From the NCBI GenBank assembly GCA_965237415.1, contig CBDEFM010000002.1:2816001-2880000 (forward strand): a DNA stretch of 64,000 nt, read 5' to 3'. Positions 38,834-48,881 of the stretch are shown piece by piece. This DNA comes from Alphaproteobacteria bacterium (GTDB lineage Bacteria; Pseudomonadota; Alphaproteobacteria; UBA828). The notes beneath the pieces were generated by a model, which saw only the letters and a list, made by a program, of their open reading frames with translations, searched no databases and was not told the DNA's origin. The position numbers and the translations under genes are program-made. Every line of letters begins with the position of its first letter. Within the stretch, counting starts at the first letter, position 1.

Positions 38834-39677
38834 CCCAGCGGTCTCCACGACGACGGCCTTCGCCCGTGTCGCTGCGGGCATCCTGGCGCTCGCGGCGCTC
38901 GCTGGCGCCTCTACCGCTTACGCTGAGGCGGAGGCGCCGCGCGACCGCCTGCTGGGCGCCGTGGCGCGCCACGCGGAGCTCCCTGCCGCGCTCGGCTCGG
39001 AAATCGAGAGCCTCTGCCCGCCCGCCGGCACCCGCTGCGCCGCCCGTCTCATCGCCGGCAGCCTGCCTACGGCTCGCCTGGTTCGGGTGAACCACCCCGA
39101 TACCGACACCATCCGCCGGGCGCACACGGAGCCCTCGGTCACCGCCGTGGAACGGCGGAGCGACGCGGCTCTGGTGGTGGTGCTGGACCGTTTCGGCCGG
39201 ACCGCAGACCGCGAGATCGCCGATGCCGTGACCGCGCACGCGACCGGTGCGGCGGCGCGGCTGGTGATCGATCTCCGCCGCAACGGGGGCGGCGACTTCG
39301 ACCGTATGCGCCGGGTCGCGAGCTTGTTCACGGGTCCGAGGGAGGGTGCGATCCGCCTGGTCGGCCAGGGCGGCGCGACCGACGTGGCGCTCCCCGCACC
39401 GCTTCGCGTCCTGGATCTGGATGGCGCCGCGATCGACGTGCTGATCGGCCCTGACACGGCGAGCAGTGCGGAGGTGCTGGCGGCGCTGCTCCGCCGCTAC
39501 GCCGGCGCGCGGCTCATCGGGGCACAGACCCTGGGCAAGGACTGGCTCACGCGCCTGATCCCGGTCGATCATGACTGGCGGCTCGCGATCCCCGGCGAGC
39601 GAATCGAGGTGCCGGGCGAGCGCCTGGCAAAGGGCCTCGTCCCCGATATCGAGGCCACGCCGCCCGCCGGGCCGTGA
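38772..39677 (+). CDS. S41-family (Ctp/tail-specific) peptidase with no visible PDZ domain
   Basis: LVIDLRRNGGG, DTASSAEVLA (Ser), TLGK (Lys), GLVPDI; signal-peptide-like N-region; start uncertain. Confidence 0.75.
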   Translation: MAWGRSPGAPTWRARSTTVTDPAVSTTTAFARVAAGILALAALAGASTAYAEAEAPRDRLLGAVARHAELPAALGSEIESLCPPAGTRCAARLIAGSLPTARLVRVNHPDTDTIRRAHTEPSVTAVERRSDAALVVVLDRFGRTADREIADAVTAHATGAAARLVIDLRRNGGGDFDRMRRVASLFTGPREGAIRLVGQGGATDVALPAPLRVLDLDGAAIDVLIGPDTASSAEVLAALLRRYAGARLIGAQTLGKDWLTRLIPVDHDWRLAIPGERIEVPGERLAKGLVPDIEATPPAGP

Positions 39678-39728
39678 CCGGCGGCGCCTTCACGTGTCTA
39701 ATGCGTACGACACATGAGGAGATTCCGG

Positions 39729-40202
39729 ATGGTCCGGCTGAGAAGTGCTGCGATGGCTCTGCTCGCCGTGCTTGCGGCGGTCGCCATGGTGGCGCCTGCG
39801 GCGGCGCACGAGGAGAAGACCGGCGACGTCACGATCGTCCATCCCTGGTCGCGGCCGGCGCCGCAGGGGCAGAACGGCGTGATTTATCTCGACATCCGCA
39901 ACAACGGTACGGCCGACGATCACCTGATCGCCGTCAGCACGCCCCTCGCCAAGAGGGTCGAGCTCCACCGGAGCACGATGGAGGACGGCATCCACCGCAT
40001 GGAGAAGGTGGAGAGCATCGTGGTGCCGGCGGGCGGCACGGTGGAACTCGCGCCCGGCGGCCTCCATGTCATGCTGGTCGACCTCAAATTCATGCTGATG
40101 GCTGAGGAGACAATCCCCGTCACCTTCACCTTCGAGCGGGCGGGCGACATCACGACCGGCGTCGCCGTGGAGACACGGGGCGGCGATGACGCCGACCATT
40201 GA
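39729..40202 (+). CDS. periplasmic copper chaperone PCu(A)C
   Basis: HPWSR, ELH...M...PGGLHVML copper motif; signal peptide. Confidence 0.92.
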   Translation: MVRLRSAAMALLAVLAAVAMVAPAAAHEEKTGDVTIVHPWSRPAPQGQNGVIYLDIRNNGTADDHLIAVSTPLAKRVELHRSTMEDGIHRMEKVESIVVPAGGTVELAPGGLHVMLVDLKFMLMAEETIPVTFTFERAGDITTGVAVETRGGDDADH

Positions 40203-40220
40203 GGCCGTCGCCCGCCACCG

Positions 40221-41297
<1,077 letters not shown>

Positions 41298-41319
41298 AGC
41301 TAGCCTCCTACAACCCAGC

Positions 41320-42228
41320 CTAGCCCTTGACCGCACCGAGGGTAAGCCCGCGCACGATGTAGCGCTGCGCAAACAGCGCGATCAGGACCGGCGGGATCAT
41401 GGCGATGAGCGAGCGCACTGCCACGAACCAGAACTGCACGCCGCGCGAATCCACGCCGCCCGCGATATGGACCGGCATGGTCGCCGATTCCTTGATGGTC
41501 AGGATCACCGCGAAGAGATACTCGTTCCACGCGAAAGCGAACATGATGAGCGCGGACGCGGCGATCGCCGGCAGCGCGAGCGGGATCGCTATGCGGAAGA
41601 ACGCGACGAAGTGCGAGCCGCCGTCCACCAGCGCCGCCTCCTCCAGCTCGATCGGCAGGTCCTGGAAGGTCTGGCGCACGATCACCACCACGAAGGGCAG
41701 GATGAAGGTGGCGTTGACCAGGATCAGCGCGGCATGGGTGTCCAGCATGTCGATGGAGGAGAAGACGATGAAGAAGGGCACCGCCGTTGCCACCGGCGGC
41801 AGCACCCGCTGCGACAGGAACCAGATCGTGAGGTCCTTGTTCTTGATGCGCCTGAAGCGGAAGCGCGCGAGCGCATAGGCCGCCGGCAGGCCGAGGGTCA
41901 GCGCGATCAGCACCGAGCAGATGGAGATGATCAGGCTGTTGCCGAAGGCGTTGTAGGCCTCCGGCACCGACATCTGCGATATCCAGTTCTCGAGCGTCGG
42001 CGTGAAGTCGATGAAGGGGACGCCGAGGCCGGCCACGGTGAAGGTCTCGGCCGGTTTCCGCAGGCTGTTGGAAACCGCCCAGTAGATCGGGAAGAAGAAG
42101 ATCAGCGCGATGAAAATCGCAATGATCGAGAAGCAGGCATCGGCGAACCAGAGCCGTTTGCGCCGGGTGCGTGCCTGGGGTGTGCTGGCGGGCTGCCCGA
42201 ACAGCGACTTACCCAGCCCGCTAAGCAT
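41320..42228 (-). CDS. carbohydrate ABC permease
   Basis: ELEEAALVDG EAA loop, FAWNEY. Confidence 0.92.
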   Translation of the reverse strand: MLSGLGKSLFGQPASTPQARTRRKRLWFADACFSIIAIFIALIFFFPIYWAVSNSLRKPAETFTVAGLGVPFIDFTPTLENWISQMSVPEAYNAFGNSLIISICSVLIALTLGLPAAYALARFRFRRIKNKDLTIWFLSQRVLPPVATAVPFFIVFSSIDMLDTHAALILVNATFILPFVVVIVRQTFQDLPIELEEAALVDGGSHFVAFFRIAIPLALPAIAASALIMFAFAWNEYLFAVILTIKESATMPVHIAGGVDSRGVQFWFVAVRSLIAMIPPVLIALFAQRYIVRGLTLGAVKG

Positions 42229-43174
42229 AGGTTTGCCTCAGGCGGCGGAAGAAGAGCGTGACCACGATCATCACCACGATCAGCAGCAGGTAGGCCATGG
42301 CCGACGCATAGCCGAAGTCGTTCAGCTTGAAGCCGCGGGTGAACGCCAGATAGCTGTACGACTGGGTGGCGATGCCGGGCCCGCCCTTGGTCATCGTCGC
42401 GATGATGTCGAAGAGCTTGACCGCCTCCGCGAGGCGCAGCAGCAGCACGATGATGATGACCGGCTGAATCATCGGAATCACGACGATGCGCCACAGGTCC
42501 CAGGCCGAGCCGCTGTCTAATCGCGCGCATTCCACAAGATCGTCGGGGATGCTCTGCAGCGCGGCGAGGAACACAAGGAAACAGAACGGCGTCCACTGCC
42601 ATATATCGACGATAATTACCGATACGACCGCCCAATCCGGGTGCGACAACCATGGTATGCCCATGAATTCGAGCGGCCCGCCGATCTCGTAGAAGACGGT
42701 GAAGAACAGGTAGCCGACCGCGATCGGGGTCGCGAAGATCGGCAATATCATGATCGTTCGCAGCACCGATCGCCCGAAGATGTATCGGTGGAAGAGGAAG
42801 GCGAGCAGGAATCCCAGCACAATCTCGACGGTCACCGCAGTGAACACGAAGATCGCAGTGAGCTTCACCGCCGCCCCCACCTCCTCGTCGCCGAAGGCGC
42901 GGACGAAACTGGCGAAGCCGTTCCAGGTGAAGTTGGTCTGAAGATTGCGGTGCACCACGGTCTTGGTGCGCGGCTCACCGCTCTTCTTGAGCACGGGCTC
43001 GCCCGCGTCGTTGAGCACCGGCACCTTCTCGCGCCCGGTGACCACGACCTTGCGATCGACATCGTGTAAGCTGAGGTAGAGCGAATAGCCGAGCGGGAAA
43101 ACGGTGAAAGCCAGCACCCAGAAGACGGCCGGCAGCAAGAAGGCGAACTTGACCGGCTTGTTCCAGCGGATCAT
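42221..43174 (-). CDS. carbohydrate ABC permease
   Basis: DIWQWTPF, ECARLDS, MTKGGPG. Confidence 0.92.
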   Translation of the reverse strand: MIRWNKPVKFAFLLPAVFWVLAFTVFPLGYSLYLSLHDVDRKVVVTGREKVPVLNDAGEPVLKKSGEPRTKTVVHRNLQTNFTWNGFASFVRAFGDEEVGAAVKLTAIFVFTAVTVEIVLGFLLAFLFHRYIFGRSVLRTIMILPIFATPIAVGYLFFTVFYEIGGPLEFMGIPWLSHPDWAVVSVIIVDIWQWTPFCFLVFLAALQSIPDDLVECARLDSGSAWDLWRIVVIPMIQPVIIIVLLLRLAEAVKLFDIIATMTKGGPGIATQSYSYLAFTRGFKLNDFGYASAMAYLLLIVVMIVVTLFFRRLRQTYA

Positions 43175-43209
43175 GGCTGGCTAATACCGCTCATTCCGAG
43201 GGTAGCAGC

Positions 43210-43257
43210 GGGGTGCAGGGCCCGCGCGGCGTACGCGCCGACGCTGCCCTGCACCCC
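43210..43257. terminator. stem-loop between the SBP and first permease genes
   Basis: GGGGTGCAGGGC...GCCCTGCACCCC 12-bp stem; likely an attenuating or mRNA-stabilising hairpin. Confidence 0.6.
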
Positions 43258-43274
43258 TCCGGATGGTCGATTAT

Positions 43275-44918
43275 CTACCCGCCGTAGCCGATAGCTTCCT
43301 GATACTGCTTGAGCTGCTTGTCACGGCCCTGGCGGTCGGTGATTTCCTCCCAGGTCGCGGCAGTATCGGAGAGCGCCTCTTGTGCGGTCTTCTGGGCGCT
43401 CATGGCCGCCGACAGGTTCTTGTCCATGATGTCCCAGTACTCGGGCGCACCCTCGATCCTGAGGTAGGTCAGGATCGTCGGCGCGGTGAAGTTATCGTAA
43501 TAGGCCTGCGTGTACTCGGCGACATCGTCGGGATGCCAGCCTGCGGCCACGTAGTCCTCGATCTTCGCCTCGCCCAGCGGCTCCAGGAACTGGTAGTAGT
43601 AGCCCGGATCGACGCCGGTCCAGCCGTTATACGCGCCCCAGTTCGACGACGGCTTGATCGCCATCAGCGACAGGAACGAATAGGCGGCATCCGGGTTCTC
43701 CGAGAACGCCGAGATCACGCCGTGCCACGAGCCGCCGGTGGTGTTGCCGACCGGCTGCGGGTCGTCGGTCTCGACCCAGGCGCCGTTCTCGTGATCCCAG
43801 TACTTGTTGGAGGAGGGCATCATGGCCGAGCCGCAGATGCCCTTGATCTTGGAGCGCGACTCATCCTGGCAGAGCGAGCCCACGTCGCCCCAGCTGAACA
43901 CGAACACCGACTTGCCGCGCAGGAAGTAGTCCCACGCCTCGCCGAGGCTCCAGCCCACCTGCGCCTCGGGCCCGGTCTTGTGCAGCTCCTGCAGGAACTC
44001 AAGCGCCGCGACGTGGCCGGGGCTGTCGATCAGCGGGGTCATGTCGGTGGGATCGAACCAGTAGACGTTTTGGTAACGGGTCACCGCCTCGCCCGGAGTC
44101 ATGGCGAAGGACGCGGACAGCGACTGGAAGTGATAATGCCCCTGCTCGCCGACCTTGAGATGGAGGACGGTGCCGTGATCGGGCTCGTCGTCGTTCGCAT
44201 CCCAATTCTTGCCCGCGAAGAACTGCGAGATGTCGAGGAGCTGCTGCCAGGTCTTGGGCGGGACCTGCATGTCGTAGCCCCGCTCCGCCTTGAACGCAGC
44301 CTGCCACTCGGGATCGTTGAGCACGTCGCGGCGGTAGTAGAGGACCTGGCCGTCGGCGTCGTTGAGCACGCCGTAGCCCGTGTCCCCCCAACTGTGCAGC
44401 GTCTTCAGCGAGGCCGGCATGGAATCGTAGGTCCACTGCGGATGCTCGCCGCTCTCCATGAACTCCTCGATGGGGATCATGTAGTCGCCGCCGATCAGGT
44501 CGCCGTAGAAGAACGCGCCGACGATGATCGCGTCGTAGAGGCCGGTGCCCTGGCGCAGATCGAGCATCATCTTGGCGTAGAGGTCGGTGATCGGGGTGAG
44601 CGCGATATCCAGCGTGCCGCCGGATAGCTCCTCCCAGATCGGGCGGAAGCTGTGGATCGGCCCCGAGATCCCGCCGCGCGGCCCGGAATCGAGGGTGAGG
44701 ATCGTGACCGTGGTTCCCTCGAAGGGCTTCTCGCCGGGCCCGAACAGGCTGCCGAGCTCCTCCTGCGAGGTCTTGATGACCGCGCCGTCCTCCATGATGA
44801 GGTCGACCGTGCCGTCGTCGTGCCAGGCGACGTGGCTGTCCTGCGCCTGCGCATTTGCTGCGGTCAGCGCGGCCAGTGCCACGCCTGCCGAAATCAAACC
44901 GGCTCGTAACGCCTTCAT
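43275..44918 (-). CDS. carbohydrate-family ABC substrate-binding protein
   Basis: Signal peptide; VLYYRRD, PPKTWQQL; head of the ABC operon. Confidence 0.88.
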   Translation of the reverse strand: MKALRAGLISAGVALAALTAANAQAQDSHVAWHDDGTVDLIMEDGAVIKTSQEELGSLFGPGEKPFEGTTVTILTLDSGPRGGISGPIHSFRPIWEELSGGTLDIALTPITDLYAKMMLDLRQGTGLYDAIIVGAFFYGDLIGGDYMIPIEEFMESGEHPQWTYDSMPASLKTLHSWGDTGYGVLNDADGQVLYYRRDVLNDPEWQAAFKAERGYDMQVPPKTWQQLLDISQFFAGKNWDANDDEPDHGTVLHLKVGEQGHYHFQSLSASFAMTPGEAVTRYQNVYWFDPTDMTPLIDSPGHVAALEFLQELHKTGPEAQVGWSLGEAWDYFLRGKSVFVFSWGDVGSLCQDESRSKIKGICGSAMMPSSNKYWDHENGAWVETDDPQPVGNTTGGSWHGVISAFSENPDAAYSFLSLMAIKPSSNWGAYNGWTGVDPGYYYQFLEPLGEAKIEDYVAAGWHPDDVAEYTQAYYDNFTAPTILTYLRIEGAPEYWDIMDKNLSAAMSAQKTAQEALSDTAATWEEITDRQGRDKQLKQYQEAIGYGG

Positions 44919-45042
44919 CTCTTCACTCTCCCTAGTGGTGGACGGTCCTCACCGCCTCTTGGGCATGGTGTGCGGAATATAGCCGACGCAGCCGGGACGG
45001 CAAGCCAATCGCCGAGGCAGCGCGCGTTCGGACGCGCCGCCC

Positions 45043-45732
45043 CTACATCACGAGGGCAATCGGCCGGACCGGGCAGCCGGTCCCGTCCCGCAGCTTGAGC
45101 GGCGCGGCGACGAACAGGAACTCCTTGCCCGCGAGAGCGCCCAGATTGCACATCTGCTGGACCATGCAGATATTGGCTTCCAGCCATATGCGATGGGTGG
45201 GCCACCACCACTCGGCGGGGTCGTCCATGCCGATCAGGTCGGTGCCGAAGAGCGCGATCTCCTGCTCCACCAGCCACGTGGCCGTCTCCGTCGGCACGAA
45301 CGGCCGCTCCTTGGTGAAGCCGGGCTTGCCCCAGTCGTCCTCGACCCCCGCCCAGACCAGCAGTGCCGTGCCGGGTTGAATCGCGCGCCCCGAGGCCTCG
45401 GCCGCAGCTTCGAGATCGGCGATCGCGATCGCCTCGCCGTTCCCCTTGTGGGTGAGATCCAGCAGATGGCCGGGCAGCACCAGGCGCTCCAGCGGCACGT
45501 CGGCGACGTCGGTGGCGCCCCGCGTGCAATGGCGCGGCACATCCAGGTGCGTGCCGCAATGCTCCGGCACCAGGAGCATGCGGGATTCCATCGAGATCTT
45601 GCCGCCGCTGACCGTCTCCAGATCGTCGAAGGAACTGACCGGCCAGAACGCCACGGCCGCGCCGCCGATGTTCGGCATGTTGTGGAACATTTCCCGGCCG
45701 AGATCGACGATCTCCTTCGGCACCATGGTCAT
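45043..45732 (-). CDS. cyclase / kynurenine-formamidase family metallohydrolase
   Basis: EHCGTHLDVPRH (HxGTHxDxPxH), GTD, PLKLRDGTGCPVR. Confidence 0.88.
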   Translation of the reverse strand: MTMVPKEIVDLGREMFHNMPNIGGAAVAFWPVSSFDDLETVSGGKISMESRMLLVPEHCGTHLDVPRHCTRGATDVADVPLERLVLPGHLLDLTHKGNGEAIAIADLEAAAEASGRAIQPGTALLVWAGVEDDWGKPGFTKERPFVPTETATWLVEQEIALFGTDLIGMDDPAEWWWPTHRIWLEANICMVQQMCNLGALAGKEFLFVAAPLKLRDGTGCPVRPIALVM

Positions 45733-45950
45733 CGCCCGTCTCCCTTGTCTTGACCGGCGTTCGAGGGGCCGGCCGCGTTCAGCGAGGTCATAAGGTTGCC
45801 GGAGCATAACCCGCATTTCTCGCCAAGGTCATGGCCTGCGCGGCGCGCTGAGGGCCATGCGTCTCCCGCCTCCGTTGCCTCGCTAACGGCGGACTCATAA
45901 TCTTGCGCCCGCAACCGCGGCGCCCGCAGGCAGCCCGTTTGGAGGACGAC

Positions 45951-46609
45951 ATGGGTGAAACGATCGAATTCGACTGCCCCGACGGCAGCACGGCGGACGG
46001 TTACCTGGCGGAAGCTCCGGGATCGCGCTCGGGCGTCGTCGTCATCCAGGAATGGTGGGGCCTCAACGATCAGATCAAGGGAACGGCCGACCGCTTCGCC
46101 GAGGCCGGTTTCACCGCGCTGGCACCGATCTCTACCACGGCAGGGTGACGCAGAAGCCCGACGAGGCCAACCACATGATGGAAGGGCTGGCCTGGGTCGG
46201 GGCGACCGAGGTCGAGATCCACGGCGCGTGCAGGAGGCTCAAGGAAAGTTGCGACAAGGTCGGGGTGACGGGGTTCTGCCTGGGCGGCGCGCTCACCGTC
46301 ATCGCCTGCGTGAAAATCCCCGAATGCGACGCCGGCGTCTCATTCTACGGCATCCCGCCCAAGGAGCAGGCCGACCCGGCCAACATCGAGGTGCCGTTCC
46401 AGGGCCATTTCGCGAACGCCGACTGGTGGTGCACGCCGGAGCTCGTTGCGGCGCTGGAGAACACCATGAAGGGTTCGGCGATGCCGGTGGAGATCTATCG
46501 CTACGACGCCGAGCACGCCTTCTTCAACGAGCAGGACGACGCCCACCACCCGGAGGCTGCCGCCCTCTCCTGGGAACGGACGCTGGCGTTCTTCCGCGCG
46601 CATCTCTGA
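45951..46609 (+). pseudogene. dienelactone hydrolase family gene with a 1-bp deletion
   Basis: VVIQEWWGLNDQIK...ALAP in one frame and DLYHG...GFCLGG...EHAF in another; GCA CCG ATC lacks one base relative to the expected A-P-D at ~46127. Confidence 0.8.
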
Positions 46610-46626
46610 GGCGGCGCCAGTCCGCG

Positions 46627-47301
46627 TCAGGTCAGGCGTTCGAGCGCCTCGTCGGCCGTCATCACGTCGCCGTATGTCGCGAAGCAGACAGCGTAGGTCC
46701 AGGCGTCCTCCTCCGCCGAACGGCCGGCGTTCGCGTCCGAAATCATGACCGTCTTGAAGTCGTAGGCCGCCGCCTCGCGTGCCGTCGTCTCGCAGCAGAC
46801 GTTCGTGACCGTGCCGACGATGAGCACCGTGTCGACGCCAAGATCGTGCAGCACGCGTTCGAGGCGCCCCTGGCTGCCGATGAAGCCCCCGAACCGGTTC
46901 TTGTGAACGACCGGGTCGGCGTCGCGCACGTCGAGCGCAGGCCAGATCGCGTGGCCCTCGGCGCCCTCGCTGAGGCCGCCGCGAAAGACTGCCGCAGCCG
47001 CTTCGCCCAGGACGATGTCGAGGTTGGGCCAGTTCTTGCCCTCCTCCGGACCGTAGGTCGAGACCACCCAGACGACGTGGCCGCCCCGCTCGCGAAGCGC
47101 CCCGGCGAGCCGATTGACCGTCGGCACGATCGCCCGTGCGCTCGGCATCTCCGACGGGCTACCCTCGCACATGAAATGGACCTGCAAGTCCACCACCAGG
47201 AGTGCCGTGCGTGGCGCGTCCAGACTTTCGTACGCGTGCAGCCTGCCGCGCCGACGCAGCACGCGATCGATGACGCGCTGAGGAATTTGCACCGGTTCCA
47301 T
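46627..47301 (-). CDS. isochorismatase-family cysteine hydrolase (amidohydrolase)
   Basis: Asp-Lys-Cys triad: VVDLQ, HKNRF, GTVTNVCCETTAR. Confidence 0.9.
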   Translation of the reverse strand: MEPVQIPQRVIDRVLRRRGRLHAYESLDAPRTALLVVDLQVHFMCEGSPSEMPSARAIVPTVNRLAGALRERGGHVVWVVSTYGPEEGKNWPNLDIVLGEAAAAVFRGGLSEGAEGHAIWPALDVRDADPVVHKNRFGGFIGSQGRLERVLHDLGVDTVLIVGTVTNVCCETTAREAAAYDFKTVMISDANAGRSAEEDAWTYAVCFATYGDVMTADEALERLT

Positions 47302-47366
47302 GCCTACCTCCCGTCTCCAAGTAGAATGCCAAGCTAACGCCCCGCGGCAACGGAGAGAGATTAGCG

Positions 47367-48848
47367 ATGATCCGCAGCGGCGAGGAATACCTAGAATCAC
47401 TGCGTGACGGTCGCATCGTCTACATCGGCGGCGAGCGGGTCGACGACGTCACCACCCATCCCGGCTTCCGCAACGCGGCGCGCTCATACGCTAAGGTGTT
47501 CGATGCGCGCTTCGACCCCCGCTTCCGCGACCTGCTGAGCTTCGAGGAGGATGGCGCGCGTCACGCCATGTACTACCTGCGGCCCCGCTCGCGCGAGGAC
47601 CTGGAACGCCGGACGCGCTCGGCCGAGATCATCGCCGACCTCACCTACGGCATGATGGGCCGCTCGCCGGACTTCATCGGCGGCTACGTCTCAGGTGCCG
47701 CCATGCAGCCGGAGGTGTTCGACAGCGGGAGCCGGCCGTTTGCCGCCGACCTGCTCGCCTACTACGAGCAATGCAAGCGCGAGGACCTCTTTCTCTCCCA
47801 TGCGGTGACACCGCCGCCCGGCAGCAAGGACGAGAGCTTCGCAGGCCGCGCGGCCGACACGGTGCCGACGGCGCTCGCCGTCACGGCGGAGCGGGACGAC
47901 GGCGTGGTCCTGAGCGGCCTCAAGATGCTCGCGACCAGCGCCGCCTTCAGCGATCACGTCTGGATCGGCAACATTCAGCCGCTCGCCAAGGGCCACGAGA
48001 ATGAGTCGATCACCTGTATCATCCCGGCGAACGCACCGGGGCTCAGCCTCTGGTCGCGCAAACCGTTCGAGCGCTACGCCGTCAGCGAGATCGACAACCC
48101 GCTCGCCTACCGCTTCGACGAGAGCGATTGCATCGTCGTCTGCGACGGAGTCAAGGTCCCCTGGGAGCATGTCTTCACCCATGACGACATCGAGCTCTCC
48201 CGCCAGATCTATTTCCGCACCCCGGCCCACACGCTCTCGAACCATCAGGCCTGCGTCCGCTACCGCTCGAAGCTGCGGCTGCTCCTCGGTCTCGCGCGGC
48301 GGATGACGGAATCGTCGGGCATCGACACGGTGCCTGCGGTGAGGGACGAAATCGGTCACCTCGCCGCGCAATACGGCATGATCGACGGAATGATCCAGGG
48401 CCAGATCCACGACTTCGCAGACCTGGGCAACGGCTATGTGAACTACAACCGGCACATGATGTACGCCGCCATCTACTGGTGCACCCAGAACTACGATCAC
48501 ATCTGCTCCAAGGTGCGCGAGCTCTCGGGCGGCGGCGTTCTGCAGATGCCGGCGGACATCTCGGTCATGGAGAACGACGACACCCGACAAACCTTCGAGG
48601 CGCTGTGGCGGATGCCGGGCCACGGGGCGCTCGACCGGTTCAAGCTCTACAAGCTGGCGTGGGACCTGCTTGGCAGCGATTTCGCCGGCCGCCACATGCA
48701 ATACGAGCGTTTTTACATGGGGCCGGCCTACGTCGTGCGCAGCCACAACCACCGCGAATGCGACTGGGGATCGGTGCTGGATTACGTGGACGAACTGCTG
48801 CAGAGTTACGGCCCCGGTCCCATGCTCGACAAGGGTGCGGCCGGCTAA
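47367..48848 (+). CDS. HpaB/PvcC-like group D flavin monooxygenase, oxygenase component
   Basis: EYLESLRDGR, DVTTHP, MGRSPDF, RFDESD, AWDLLGSDFAGRHMQYERFY. Confidence 0.88.
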   Translation: MIRSGEEYLESLRDGRIVYIGGERVDDVTTHPGFRNAARSYAKVFDARFDPRFRDLLSFEEDGARHAMYYLRPRSREDLERRTRSAEIIADLTYGMMGRSPDFIGGYVSGAAMQPEVFDSGSRPFAADLLAYYEQCKREDLFLSHAVTPPPGSKDESFAGRAADTVPTALAVTAERDDGVVLSGLKMLATSAAFSDHVWIGNIQPLAKGHENESITCIIPANAPGLSLWSRKPFERYAVSEIDNPLAYRFDESDCIVVCDGVKVPWEHVFTHDDIELSRQIYFRTPAHTLSNHQACVRYRSKLRLLLGLARRMTESSGIDTVPAVRDEIGHLAAQYGMIDGMIQGQIHDFADLGNGYVNYNRHMMYAAIYWCTQNYDHICSKVRELSGGGVLQMPADISVMENDDTRQTFEALWRMPGHGALDRFKLYKLAWDLLGSDFAGRHMQYERFYMGPAYVVRSHNHRECDWGSVLDYVDELLQSYGPGPMLDKGAAG

Positions 48849-48881
48849 CGCGCACCGCACGCGGTCATGGGAGGGCATCAG

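Noticed and set aside
47321-47336. Sigma54-like TTGGCATTCTACTTGG upstream of the cysteine hydrolase
   Set aside because: The -12 element reads GG rather than GC, and the implied start site would fall within the RBS.
47367-48848. Assignment as true hpaB of 4-hydroxyphenylacetate catabolism
   Set aside because: No hpaC or homoprotocatechuate cleavage genes are nearby; only family-level membership is supported.
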